A stretch of 64,000 nucleotides of DNA from Piromyces finnis finn (Eukaryota > Fungi > Neocallimastigomycota). Shown here piece by piece: positions 35,500 through 50,300 of this stretch. The first letter of the stretch is position 1, and each line of letters begins with the position of its first letter. The notes below the pieces were generated by a model. The model saw only the letters and a list, made by a program, of their open reading frames with translations, was not told the origin of the DNA and made no database searches. The DNA is taken from assembly GCA_002104945.1 (NCBI GenBank), contig MCFH01000017.1, positions 124,001 to 188,000 of the forward strand. Direction: 5' to 3'. The position numbers and the translations under genes were made by a program.

Positions 35500-37530
35500 T
35501 TTTAAAAATATTTAAAAAAAAAAAATGTATTCCTTAAATGGGTTAAAATTTATAATAAATTGTAGATAAAAAGAGTTATCCCTTTATATTTTTAAAAAAA
35601 ATAAAAATAAATAAGAAATAGTATGAATTTATTTAGTATGATTTGCATTAGTACTCATTACTATTATTATTAGTTGTGTTATTTTTCATTAATGTTAAAA
35701 AAAAAAAAACATTAAAGGATCATTAAATTAATTAAAAGTACACTTTTTTTTGTAGTACAATATTTTATGTATATAATAAAAAGGAATAACGGAAATAGAA
35801 AAGAAAAAAAAAAAATATTAAAAATTAGATCTGAATAAATAAACCTGCATTCATAAAAAATAAAGACCTATTCAATAGTAATTAAAGAGGAGATTAGTTT
35901 TACAATTTTACAATAAAATAAAAAAAAAAAAAAACCTTTTAACCTTTATTTAAATTGTAATGAAATATATATAGTGATATATAAAATAAATTGTAAATTA
36001 CAATACAATTACTATTGTTTTTATAAAATTTATTATAGATTTTTTCAAAAAGGAAAAAAAAAAAAGTGTTAAATGATATTAAATTGTAAAATAAAATAAA
36101 AAAGGTTTAAAGATTTTTTTTTTTTTAAATAAACTCTCCAATGACCAAAAAGATATTTAATTAAATCATAAAAAAAAAAAAGTTAAAAAGAGTCAAATCT
36201 GATAAAATAAATCAATTGAATTTCCAATATAAAAATAAAAAATGTAAATACTATTTTTTTTACTAAGATTAATAGGAATAATGTAATTATAATTTTTAGT
36301 AATTGATAAAGTCTTATTATTGAAAATAAAAAGTTTTTGTTTCTTTTTAGTTTAGTTTTTCCTAATAAAGTTTTTAATAAAAATTAATTTGACTAAATTA
36401 GAAATAATGAAATTAAATATTCCTATTTTGGCAGTAATTAATTTTTTATTTTTTTTATTTTTTTGAATAGATTTTTTTAAAAAAAAAAAAAAGATGAAAA
36501 TCATAATTTATATTATAAAGGATAAAAGAAGGATGAATAATGAAAAAAGGGGCATAAAAATAAAAGAATAAATGTTATTTTTTAAAAATAATCTTTTTCA
36601 AAAGTAGATATTACTATTATTATTGATTATTTTTTTTAAAAAAAAAAAGGTTAAAATAAAAACTAAAATTAAAAATAAAAAAAAAAAAAAGGGTAAAACA
36701 CTATACAATTTTACAGTACTTTTTTTTTTTTTAATAATAATAAATATCATTTAAAGTCAAAAATAATATATAATAAAATAGTGAATATAAATGTAATAAT
36801 TGGATTAAAGTTTAATAGATTCAAATCATATGGTCAAATTTACGTTTGTATACATATATACACATATATTATCTTTCAATAAATATAACATCATTTCAAC
36901 TTTTTTTCTTTTTTTTTTATATAAATATATATATTTTCTTCAATTTTATAAACTTTTTATCCTCTTTAAAGTAAAAAAAAAATTAATAATATTATTAATA
37001 AATTATTGTAATTTTTTATAGAGTACTAAAAGGTAATGAATGTTTTAATCAATTTTTTTTTTTAAAAAAAAGAGGAATTAAAATAATAAAAAAGCATATC
37101 AATAAATCCATAAAATTATATATAATTAAATTGACATAAAAAGTAAAAAACTATTTTTTTGCTAACACTATGCATCATTATAATTCTAAAGAATATAAAA
37201 GAAGAAAAAAAAATTTAAATATTTTTTTTTACTTACTTGATAAATATTATTCCTTTTTTAATAAATTATATTCAAATAAAGGTTAAAACCATTAATCCGT
37301 ACATATATAAAATTAGGATTGATATTTAATCTCAGAAGGATGAACATTCTATACCATATCTTTATAAAAAAAAAAATAGTAGTATTAAATAAAAAGAGGA
37401 AAAATAAAAAAAAAATATATTAAGATTTAAATATATATATAAGATTTGTATATATCATATGATATTAAATAAATTATTTATTTTCTTTTTCTTTATTTCA
37501 TTTCATTTCAACTTATTCTAGAATCTCATC

Positions 37531-37561
<31 letters not shown>

Positions 37562-38448
37562 GAGTTGTCATACCATAAAACTGATTTTGATTTAGAGTTT
37601 AAATACTTTAATTGCTTTTTTTTATATAAATTTAGGTTTCTTTTTTAAAAAAAAACCTTTGATTTTTTTTTTAAAAAAAAAACTTTATTTCATATCATTT
37701 GAATAAGAAAAAATAATTATAATTTATATGGAATGAAAAAATATTTAAGATACACCATACCTCTTTTAATTATTATATATATATATGTATATATATTATT
37801 ATTAATGACCTGTATAAAAAAATAAAAAAAGGGAATGTATAAAATGATTTTATTAAAATATTAAAACAATTAAAGTTTTACTTTTTTTTCCTTATAAGAT
37901 ATAATTCTAATTTTTTCTGAATACTTTTTTTTTTCATTTTCCCGATAATAGCTATCATCATATTTTAATTTCAATAAAAGTAAAAATTGATTTTCTTTTT
38001 TTATCTTAATATTTTTTTTAGTTTTATATTCATTAAACTATATTTTTTCTTATTAAAAAAGAGGGATTGTTATTTAAGGTTTATTTTTTTTGTAATATAC
38101 ATGATTTTATATATACACAATAAAAATAAATCATAATATATTTTATTTATTATTTCTTTAAAGTAAAAATCATCACAATAACAAATTTAAAATATTATAT
38201 AAAAAAATAAATTAAATAGAATTTTTTTTAATTATTACTTTTACAATTTACTACTACGACTATAAAATAATAACTTTTTTCCTTGTTTTTTTTTTTTATT
38301 TCAATTTTTTATTTTAATTATTAATAATTATAAAAACTTTCAAGATATAAAGTAATATTTAAACGTATTTGACTATATTCGTATCATCCATTAAATAATT
38401 TTTATATTACGATTATATATATATAAAGTAAAAAAATATTTAATATAA

Positions 38449-38487
<39 letters not shown>

Positions 38488-38542
38488 ATAAATTTCTAAA
38501 AAGTAAAACTTTCTTTACCATAAAAAAAAAAAAAAAAGAAAA

Positions 38543-38683
38543 ATGTCTTCTCGTGGTAGTTACAGTAGTGGTTATTATTCTAATGGTGCTTTCTTCAATA
38601 AAAATGCACCATTAATTTCAAATGGTAATGCTCAACGTGAATACCAAAAACCAAATCAACTCTATTCGTAAGTTTTTATTTCT

Positions 38684-38716
<33 letters not shown>

Positions 38717-39164
38717 TAATAGATGTAGTAGTGTGGTAGTATGTATTAAAAAAATATGAATTGAAATAATCTATAATTATATATAAATTAAGTTATAAAT
38801 TTTTTTTTTAAAAAAAAAAAGAAAGAAAGAAAGGGATAAAACTATTATTTAATAGATTAACGATTAACCCTTTTTACTATTATTATTGTTTTATCCTTAT
38901 TTAAAAATAATATACCTTAAATAACCCTATTTTAATCCCTATATTGTATTTTTTTTTTTTTTTTTACCTTTTTTTTTTTTATACTTATATATATTTATAT
39001 ATTTTACCCTAAAAAAAAATTATTGATAAATGAAAAATAGTGAACCATTAGGTTCTCATTCTACTAGTTTATACAAAAGTTCCCGTGGTACCTACATTAA
39101 TACATGTAATGGAAGTTACAGATACGTTGGTCCAAAAAATAGAAACCCACAAACCCAAGTTTAA
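38543..39164 (+). CDS. Small hypothetical protein, 82 aa, 2 exons (absent from the ORF track)
   Basis: Exons 38543-38667 and 39041-39164; GTAAGT donor and AATAG acceptor are phase-2 consistent. Translation: MSSRGSYSSGYYSNGAFFNKNAPLISNGNAQREYQKPNQLYSEPLGSHSTSLYKSSRGTYINTCNGSYRYVGPKNRNPQTQV*. Both exons are GC islands in otherwise very AT-rich DNA. Confidence 0.75.
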
Positions 39165-39393
39165 AAATTTAATATGTTAATAATAAATTGTAACAAATAT
39201 GTATATACATCTATCAATTTATTGATATAAAAAAAAAGGCATTTACACTTTTTTTACCATTATTATTAAAAAATTTTTTAATTTAGTCAAAAAAAAAATA
39301 TATGAATGTATATAGATTTATATATTTTAATTTTATTATTATTATTATTATTATTATTATGCATAATTCATTGCCTCTAATATTTAAATTCTA

Positions 39394-39426
<33 letters not shown>

Positions 39427-41325
39427 GAGCAAACAAATATATAAATAAATAAAAACAAACAAAATAAAAAAAACAATTAAATAATATTTTTTATGATCAA
39501 ATATGTATTAAAAAAAATAAAAAAAAATAAAAAATTCCAATAGTATAAATCTATCTTTTTTTTTATCTGTAATCCTTTTATTATAAATATTTCTTTTTTT
39601 TTTTAAAAAAAAGAAAAAACTTGTTTTATGACATAAATAAAATTCAAAATTCCTTTATAATATATATTGCATGATGCTATTTTCAATATTTTATAAATAT
39701 GTGATGAATTTTTTTTTATCTTTTTTACAGATCAATTCAGTTAAAAATTATGAAATTAACCTTTTTTAAAATTTATTTATTTTTTTAATACTATAAAGTA
39801 TTTTTTAAAAAAAAAAAATCTATACTACTAATATTAATAATGTATTTTTAAAAGCATTTCATTATTATTCTATACTAATAAAATTTATTGAAATATCTGA
39901 AAATTCACTTAATACAATGAAATGAACAATCATAATAATAATACATTAAAAATATTTTTTTATTATTATAATTATCCAACTTTATAAATATATATATTCT
40001 TTTAATATTCCTAAAAATTTAAAAGCTTTGAAAATAAATAATATTTATATAGATATGAAAAGAGTATATTAATTAGATGAACTTTTTTCTTTTTATATTT
40101 AATAATAAAAAATAACTCTTTGTAAGTAATATTCCATAAACCTATTTAATTAATTTTTTTTTAATATAATAGAAAATGATTAAACATTTCATCCTTTAAA
40201 ATCTTTGTTACTATCTTTTTTTTTTTTAAAAAAAAAAAAGATGTAGAGTCTGTCCATTAAACATTTTATAATGTACCTATTTTAATTCTTTTATTTTTCT
40301 TTATATTATTATTTTTTTTTAAAAAAAAAAGAAAACAAAGAAATCTCTTTTACTCTCTTTTAATATCTTGCTGTCCAATAAATTGAAAGAATCAAAAAAG
40401 TTTTAAAAGTTTAAAAAAATAGATTTTAATGATTTTATATATATAAAAAAACTAAAAAACTATATAGAAAGATATTATATATTTTAAAAAAAAGACAACC
40501 TTCCATAAATCTTAAATATTTTTTAAATAGAATAAAATTAAAGTTTATGTAATGAAATAAACCAACAAACATAATAAATAAATAATGAAATGGGTATAGT
40601 TTTTTTTTTTAAAAAAAAAAAGTTTTAAAATAAAAAGACATCTTTGGGAGAGAAAATTTAAAAATTCAAAACTTTAAAAATAAAAAAAAAAAAAAAAAAA
40701 AAAAAAAGAATTATAAAAAGTTTATTATTTAAAAAATTTTACCACAAAATTTACCACAAAAAAGCTGCTTTTTTCTTTTTATTTTTTGTTGTAAAGTACG
40801 CTTAAATTTTTATTGTTTTTTTTATTGTTTTTTTTAGGATGATTTTTAATAAAGGATAGTTGAAGAAAAAATGTGCAATAAAACTATTTTTTGTTTCTTA
40901 TTTTTTTTATTTTATTTTATAATAAATAAAGAAGGGAAAGAAAAAAAAAAGTTGCTTTAATTTAACAGTATTGTTGAAACGTAATTTAAAGGAATAAAAT
41001 TTTGAATTAATTTATTATAATTATTTTTTAACTTTTTTTTAAAATTATTTTAACGATAGCGTTGAATTTTTTTTTTTTTTTTTTTCTTCCGTAAACGTTG
41101 TGATCGTGGTATCATTAATATAAAATTTATTTGTTACATTTTTTTTTTTTTAGATAATCTTTTTTTTTTTTTTTTTTTTTAAAAATGTATTAGTATTAAA
41201 AGTTTTACGTTTTTTTTTTTTTTTTTTTTTTTTTTTTGTGTATATTGATTTTTATAGGTAATAATATAGAGTTAAAAGTTAAAAAAAAAAAAAAAAGAAT
41301 AATAATAATAAAAAAAAAAGGGTAA

Positions 41326-44300
41326 TTAAAATAATGAAGAAGGGGAAGAATTATCTTTAAAAATGGCATTTTCCAAGGCATTTAATAAATTTTCATAATT
41401 CACAGGTGCATGATCAAAAAACATACATTTAGCAAAAGCTAATTCTGAAAATTGTTCTTTGACATCTTCACATCTAAGTAAAATTACTCTTTTCATATTT
41501 TCATTATTTTTATTTTGAAGGGTAGAAGGAGTTCTAGAATAATATTTTGAGGATTTCTTGGCTTGTTGTGAGGTATAGAGACGTCCTTGTTTATTATCTT
41601 CAAATCCTTGTTGTTTGGAAAACATTGAATTAATGTAGGGATGACGATGTTCCATTTTTTCTATTTGTTTTTTTAGAGTATCATCTTCGGTCACATCAAA
41701 TTCTATAATATCATCATCATCATCATCATTATTATTCTCATTTTCATTGACATCGGTATCCATGGTAATATCTATACTCGTATCTACATCAGAATTAGAA
41801 TCTATATCTGGGGTATTCCCTTTCTCTTTTTTATTCGATCTTAATCTAATCGTCGTTTCTTTAATAGTTGAATTAGTATCATAACTGACGTCACTTGATT
41901 CATTATTGGTAATGACGGTGGAAGAAAGAGATATTTTATGCATTTCAAGACTTTGATCAATATGATGATGTTGATAATGATCACTATTTATATTTTGCTT
42001 CGTATCAATAACACCATTATTATTATTAATATTATGCCCATTTTCTTCCTCGTCTTCGTTTTCTTCTTCTCTTTCTTCAAAAATAAATTCTTCATAAATT
42101 GGACTTTTACCTCCATTATTATTATGAATCGAATCAATGATCATATTCACATAGGCTGAATTTTGTGAAGATTGACGATTTAATTTTTTATTATTCTCAT
42201 TGGATCCAGTATTGTCGTCGTTGTACAATGGCATTTCTGATAAATTATTAATTTCATAGTTTGTCGGATCCATTACTGGGATATCGGCTGTTTCAATGAT
42301 ATAGACCACACCTGGTGGTACTAATTTTTCAGAATTCATATTCTTTTTAAAGAGAAGGAACTTTTCCCAGAACCAATTGAGCTCCTTACTTGAATTATTT
42401 TTATTAAAAGTGGCTAGTGACCTTGAAAAAATTTCTTCGGCTAAACCATGATTCTTTTCATCTAATAATTCATCTGCACAATTTCTTAAATCGGTTAAGA
42501 TACCGATGGATAGTCTGGGAATAATGTCATAGTGATTAACAACAGAAGTTACAAAGGTTCTACATATGGTAGCTAATTCTTCTTGCATACAACTTGGTGT
42601 ACCATACGAATAAACATGAAGTGGTCTATTGGGTGGTAATTTTGATTCAACACTAGTAACATAAGGCTTGTTAGGATCAATCCATAATAAACCTAGCATA
42701 GAAGCGACACCACCTCCTAAACTATGACCACATATTACTAAACCATAATCTGGATAATCGTTTAATGCTACTCTTACAATATCATGAATAACAGAATTTG
42801 GCTGAGAAATAATTTTGGCTGATTGATAAATACCACTATGAACATGGTAATCTTTTCCTTTGTAATTAAGATTGTCATAATCAAATTCTAAATCAATAAT
42901 AAAATCATAAAAACCAAGGGTTCCTCTAAGCGTCACAATAACTATGAGATTATAGTCGTGATGATGATAATAATTGTAATATATAAATTTTGTATATGTA
43001 CAATAAAAATAAATTTTAAAAATTTATTTAGTGATTATTTCAAATAATTATAAATAGATAGATGGTAATGGTAGTTTATAATAAATTTATAATTTATAAT
43101 AATTCTATAGTTGATAATAATTTTATAGTTGATAATAATTTTTTTTTAACCTACTTGCTTTCATATCATGATCAACAGATATTATATGTGCTATATTGTT
43201 GGTTGTTGATGTTGTTTTTGAGGAATAAGAAGAATATAAAATATTTTCTAATGGAGTATTTGTATGAATTGAAAAGGCATAATCATTTGGATGTAAATAG
43301 GTATCTACTGTAGTTGTGGTACGCATACCACCAATATCTAAAAATCTCATAAAATGTCTACCATAAACACCGCTAGCAAATTTAATAAATCTAAATATTA
43401 TAATAATATTAAAATATAAATATATATAGAGGTGATAAATGGTCAATTTCGTATATTTCCATTAAAAAAGATGTATTATTATATAATATATAGTATAATA
43501 GTATACAACAATATGATAATATAATTATATATATATAGTATATAGTATATAGTATACAAAAATATGAAAATATAATTATATATATATAGTATATAGTATA
43601 TAGTATATAGTATATAGTATATAGTATACAAAAATATGAAAATATAATTATATATATAGTATATAGTATAAAATATATATAATTATATAATATATAGTAT
43701 ACATGGTATACAACATATATAATAATACTATGATGCTATAATAATAATTGTTAATATAGATTTTTATTTACTTTGCTATATTATGAACGAGATGTTGTTT
43801 TGGATATATATATTTTTCTGGATTATCATCAAGACTTTCACTACTATCGGAGGATGATAAAGTATCTTTTTCATCCTGAGAATTAGAACTAGCACGACTT
43901 AATAAGCCGTGATCAATTTGATCAGATATCGTTGATGCGAATGATGGGGAATAATTGTTCATATTGTGTAGCGCTTCATCTAAAAATGACTTTTTATCAT
44001 CCTCTGATTCTGAAATTGGCGATTCTGTTTTATTTTTCGTGAGAGATAATGTGGATAATAATAATTTGGTGGTTTCATTTCTAGATTCTTTTGATTTTCT
44101 CTTTTTTGATTTAGTTTCGGAGTCCTGAGCCGATAATTCATTTTCATCTGTTTTATCTATATCTTCATTTGAATTATTCATTATTGAGAAAAATTCATTT
44201 TCCTCTGATTCTATTAATTTATTTGGAATGGGTTCCAAGTACGAATTTCCTTCATAAAGTAATGTCATTTTTCTTTTTTTCAATATATTGTCATAAGTCA

Positions 44301-45400
44301 TAATTTGTAAACAAGCATATACGGTGACTGCTTTTATAAAATTTATTGAACGTAAACCTTTTTTTATTATATTTGATTCATTTTTTACATAATTCCTTAT
44401 TTCAGACGTTATCAAATAAAGTAAAGCTGAAATTTCACGAGATGTTTCCGTTTTACCAAATACACTATCTAAAATAACAAGAGCTTCTTCTGCCCACTAT
44501 AGTACCAATAAATTAAATAATATCATAAATATTCATTAATAAATAATAAATTAGTATAAAATTCAACTTTGAAAAAATAAATTCAAAAATTCAAAATTTA
44601 TTTTTTTTTTTTTTTTTTTTTTTGAAATTAATTTATAGTTTTGTATTACTTGATTGCAATAAAGAATTATTTTTCTTGTAAAATATACATTATTTCCAAA
44701 TGTAATATATAAAATACAAAACTATTATTATAGGGATAAAAAAAAAAGGTTTAAATTATCATTTTATTTATACCTTGAATGTATATCTTAAACCTTTTTG
44801 AGCCAAGTGAAAAGAAGTTAACGTCATTACCTCAGTGGCTGAAAATGTATTATTAATAATATTGATACCAAAGTCTGTACAGGCATCAAGTGCTTTAATA
44901 AAACTATTTGGATTTCTATTTAAAGTATTAATAGTTTTAAAAAAATTTTTTTTATATATAAATATATATATATTATATATTTATTAATATTGAAAATAGG
45001 TTTAAAAAATAGTATTAGAGAGCAAACTAATACCCTCCTATTTCAATATATGTATATATTTCAGTAAAATCCTGTTGGTTAAAAAAATTACTTACTCATT
45101 TTCCTCATCTCTATGTATAGATCTAGCAATTTTTATAGCTTTTATTAATACATTACGACTTAAATCAAAAGAAGCGTCAGTTCCAGCTTTAGCTAATTCA
45201 TATAAAGTATCTACTACACTAGAAGCCGTACGTATTTTTTGACATGAAGTTGTTGCCATGGTTGTTATTCTTGAAGCAATTGCTGAAGGTAATAAACATG
45301 GTCTATTATTTTTCATATCTTTAATAATTAATGACTTTTCATTTTCATTTACATTTTCAACATTTTCAGAAATATCTATACCTTTTCCTTTTTCCTCCAT
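41326..45400 (-). CDS. Class-3 lipase (alpha/beta hydrolase, DAG-lipase-like fungal family), ~1,007 aa, 5 exons
   Basis: Exons 45400-45096, 44915-44774, 44496-43772, 43390-43155, 42941-41326, all phase-consistent. Motifs: DHDMKAIIVTLRGTLG (lid region), nucleophile elbow GHSLGGG, YSYGTP, VVNHYDIIPRLS (Asp) and MFFDHAP (His). Confidence 0.9.
43485..43700. repeat. Composite intronic minisatellite gtatacaaaaatatgaaaatataattatatatata(gtatata)n
   Basis: About three copies of a ~35-bp core separated by variable numbers of 7-bp gtatata units in lipase intron 3. Confidence 0.8.
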
Positions 45401-46178
45401 CTTAAAAAGTCTTTTTTATATTTTTTTTGTTGTATTTTTTTTAAAATAATAATAGTATATTATATATATATATGTTTTTATTCTTTTTTAAAGGTTAATT
45501 ATTATCACCAGAATTTTAATGTTTTGTCTAAAAGTTTTTTTATTTTATTATTAAAAATGTTTTTTTCCTTTTTATTTGATTTTTAAAAGATTTTGTTGTT
45601 TTACTTTTTTTTTTTTTTACTTTTTAGCTAGTAAAAAAAAGAAAATATTTTTGGTGTGTTGTGTAGTAATAAAGAATGTTTTTATTTTTTTTTAAAAAAA
45701 AGTTTTTTTTTCTTTTTTTATAAACATTTTATTTATTTTTTTTATTATTAAAAAGTATTATTTTCACTCTTTCCTTTCAAAGGTCACTTTTAAAAAACAA
45801 AACAAAGAAAAAAGATAAAAAAAAAAAAAATAAAATCAACTTTCTTTTTATAAAATCATAAAAAAATATAAAATTATTGCATCATCATTTTTAAAATAAT
45901 TATGAAATAAAATTTTGAAATTCTTTTTTTAATATAAATTAAACTTTAAAAATTTTTCCCCAAAATTAATATGACTTAAAATAATAAATAAATAAATAAA
46001 TAAATAAATAATAAAATAATAAATAAATAAATATAAAGGTTAATTAAATGAATAAATGAATGAATAAATAAATAAATAAATAATTGATTGATTGATGATA
46101 TAAAAAATGGGTAGGTAGTGGGTGGTAGTAGGTAGTAAGTTATAGGTGGTAAGTGGCAGGTAGTTGTAGGTTGCTAAC

Positions 46179-46216
<38 letters not shown>

Positions 46217-47355
46217 ATATTTACCTTTATTATTTATTAAATCTTAATATATATATTAATATATGATATAATAGTATGTATTATAAAGCAATTATATATT
46301 ATTTATATAATAAAATAAATTAATTCATTTATTCATTGGGATGATTCATTATTGAATTGTAAACATTTAATAATAAATATTAATAAATATAATATATTAA
46401 AATATATTAAAATATATGAACAATTGTAAATTTAATGTTACTTCATAAATTATGTCTTCAATACATATATACACGTGAATCATTATAAAATGAATAAATC
46501 ATGTGAAGTAGTGGCAAGACTCACAATAAGGGTTAGCTTTTATTGTATTAAAATATTAGAATGTATACATTTTTATCTATACTACATTAATGTAAAATGA
46601 ATAATATGCTAAATGACAAGGAAAGGTCGATTAATAATACTTATGATTTTATTGTCTTTTTATTAATTACTTTAAAAAAAAAAGTGTTACACCAAATCAA
46701 TGGAAGAAAAAGACATTTATACAATATGTTTATTACTATACAGATAATTGTGCTGTATAATATATTTATTAGAGATTACTATTTTTGTTTAAAACGGATA
46801 TACATAATTCATGAAAAAAAAAAAAATTAATAATGTAATTCGATTCCTAAGAATAATTATGATATATGATATATATAAGGTATATTATAAAAAAAATAAA
46901 TATATACATATACAGTAATATATATTTAGTAAATATATAACTCAATTCATAAAATATCGTTTTAAATATACTAATTAAAAAAATTAAAAAAAAAAATTAA
47001 ATAACATAAAAAAAAAAATAAATATAGTAGGAAAAAGTTTGATAAAAGAATGAATGATTTTAACTTCTATAAAAATAAAATTGAAACTTTTTACTGGATA
47101 ATGAAGATGGATAAGCAAATTACTTTTTTTTTTTTATAACATTTACGGTTATAATCATAATAATGATGGTATTAGTAATCGTAAAAAGTAGTAATATAAT
47201 AACAGTGGTAATAGTAGCATATGCTTTAAAAATAGTAATAGTTGTAATAGTAGGTAGTAGTGTAATATAATGGCATAATGACATTTATATATATATATAT
47301 AGGTTGGCGTGTGTATGTATGCGTATTATCAACTCCTTTAGAGAAAAAAAAATGA

Positions 47356-50300
47356 TTAATTAGAAATTAGTGTAGTTAATTCATAAGAGGAATGAATCGG
47401 TGAACTAATACCGATAATATCAAATAAAGAATAGGAATTATTATACACAGATTTGATCCATTTAAAAATGTTACTTTTACTCAAAATTAATTCCATTGGT
47501 TTTTTGGTTGCAGTTGATGAAAAGGATGGTGATGTGGTGATAGAGGTGGGTTTGATTTGATTGGCCTCTTCATAAATATCAAATGGAGGACAGAGTTTTT
47601 TAAATTCTTCTGCTACCACCGGAATATACTTTTCAAATTCAAGTACTGTTCCATGATAGTCAATAGTACTTGGGAAAATGACCTTAAATTCTTTATTCCA
47701 CCATAAATCATTAAAATGATCAGGGGAAGTGGAGGTGTCTTTTAATTCTGGATGATTTTTGTAGATATATTCAAACGCCTGAATAAACAAGAGTCGTAGA
47801 ATGGAAAAGGGAAGACTTTCTTCAATCCTTAAAACACCATTCTTAATACTTTCTTTATCAAAATTAATCATCTTGTTTTTACAACAAAAAATAAATAAGG
47901 AAATAATAAATCCTTCCTTTCGATTATTTGTAAATTCTTTACTCTCAATGGCTTTGAAAAGACTGATAAACGTATTCTTTTCATAGTTCAATTCTTGATA
48001 TTCTCCATAATATTTTAAAATTTCCATCCCTTTTGTCCATTGATTTTCTTGAATAATCAGCTTAATCAGTGAAATAAAAAGCTCTTTATTAATATTACTG
48101 AAATTGGAAATCTTTTTTAAATATTCAAATACAAGCCAGATCGTGTTAAATTGAATTTTCTTATTCTTTCCGTTACATTTAAAAATTAGACGATCGAGCA
48201 GTTTTTTAATGTCACTTTCTTCTAGGACAACTTCATTTTCATTTAATACTGATAAAAAAAGTTTATAGGCTTCATCTACATTATCGTCATTCAATAAAAT
48301 TTTTAATTGTAAATTGATGGTCATGCAACACTGATAATAACTTTTGGATTTAATATAGAGTAGTAGTTTGCTGGCTAGATTAAACTTTTTTTGATTATAA
48401 AAATCTTCGGTCACCTTTTCCAGTAAATAAAAGTCAATTTGAATTTTGGAATGATTTCTAATGATGGCATCTACAAGATCTTCCAAATCTCTCGGTTTAA
48501 ACTGAACCTTGGTCGTTAAAAGTTTGATATAGATCATATCGTCAATTTTGATATTGTGTCGATTCATGAAAATGAAAAGCCACATGGCATGAGAATATAG
48601 ATTACTGGCAATACAATAGTTAATAGATTCATTAAGAAAGGGAACGGATAAACTATTCATCGTAAATTGTTTCACCGATTCTGAATTCAATATCTTGAAA
48701 TTGCAGATGAATCGTTTCATGAAATCATTTAAATTATTATGCTTGATCGAAAAATCTAAAAAGAGTTTAAGCGTTTCCGGTGAAGGTAAATAAAATTTGA
48801 TCAGCTTTCGATAGATAATAATGGCGGCTTCGATTTTATTTTTCAATATACAATGAATCAATATCTTTTCCCAGTATAGATAGGGTGAGGTGTATTCCAT
48901 AACATGCTTCACGGCTATTTTGGTGAGGGTGGAAAAAATGGTGGGATTGATAAACTTATCATCGACGCAAAAGGCGCCGAGGCTTACTAAATCTTTTTCT
49001 TTGATACCTACCTCATGCTTATCTAGGAAAACAAAAAAATTGTAGGTTTGCGATATTAATCGCTTATCAATCATAATGGATATTAGTCGATGGATAGCTT
49101 GCTTTTTTTGATATTTATTGGTTAAAAATGATTCTGAGTAGAGGCGTAATACATTATCAATTTCTTCAAAACATTTAAATTTCATATACATGGAACAAAT
49201 ATGAATGACAAATAAGGCAGGCGGATTCACCTTACTTTCTTTTAAACCTTCTATGACTTCATTAAACGTATCAACATCCGATTCTCGATATTCAATCAAC
49301 GATAAAAAGTATTGAAAATCTTCTGCAGAAAAATGTACGGTATCAAGATGTCGAACCGATTTTGCTATTAAAAATACTGTTTTAATGATGTTAGGATCAT
49401 TTTTTCGAATACCTTCTTCAATTACCCGCTTAAATACATTGACGGACAGTTTATTTTTATTGTTTTGAATCACATCAAATATGATGTTAAAAGGTGTTCT
49501 TTTCTTGATATACGATATAATTAAATTTTCAAATTCAAAAAATTCATTGTATTCAATTTTTTTATGATGAATCACAAGTGTCCCATGATTCAAATTCTTG
49601 TTCTTGGAATCAAAGGAAAAAAGATTTTTTGATATACTCCGTACTTTTTCATTTAATTCCAGAGATTCTACATCCTGGTCTTGAACCTTCTTATACAAAT
49701 AATTGTTTTTATTGTTGCCGTTGTCTTGAGCATCATTAGAAAATTCATTAGTATTAATGGTATCATAAAACATATGCTTGTTTCCTGGTTTATTTATATT
49801 ATAAAGAACTTCACCTATATCTTCTGAACATTGAACCTCATCGTCTAACGAAATAACCTCCATATTATCATTTAAACGATCGAAATTTCTTTTTTTGTTA
49901 TTTAAAAAAGCTTCATAGATTTTATTATTATTATTCCCATTATTTCTATTTAATTTTATTTTTTTAACAACATTGTAAATTTCATTGTTCTTAAGAAGAG
50001 CAGAATCAAATGATCGCTTTCTATTTTCAAAATTAAAAGTGGAATTTGAACCGTACAATACATCACCATTACTAAAAGAATAATTATTTTCTCTGATTGT
50101 GGTATCATTAAAGATTGGTGAAGGTTTATCAATATACTCATTTTTTGTCTCTTTATTTTGTTTTATTGGATTACTTTTAATGCTAAAGTCGTAATAATTC
50201 TCGGTTGAACTTTCCTATAGCGTTGGTTATAAATCAAATGAAATATATTAAACAAGTTTATTAATTATTACCACCATTAAATTTTAATTTATATTGGATT

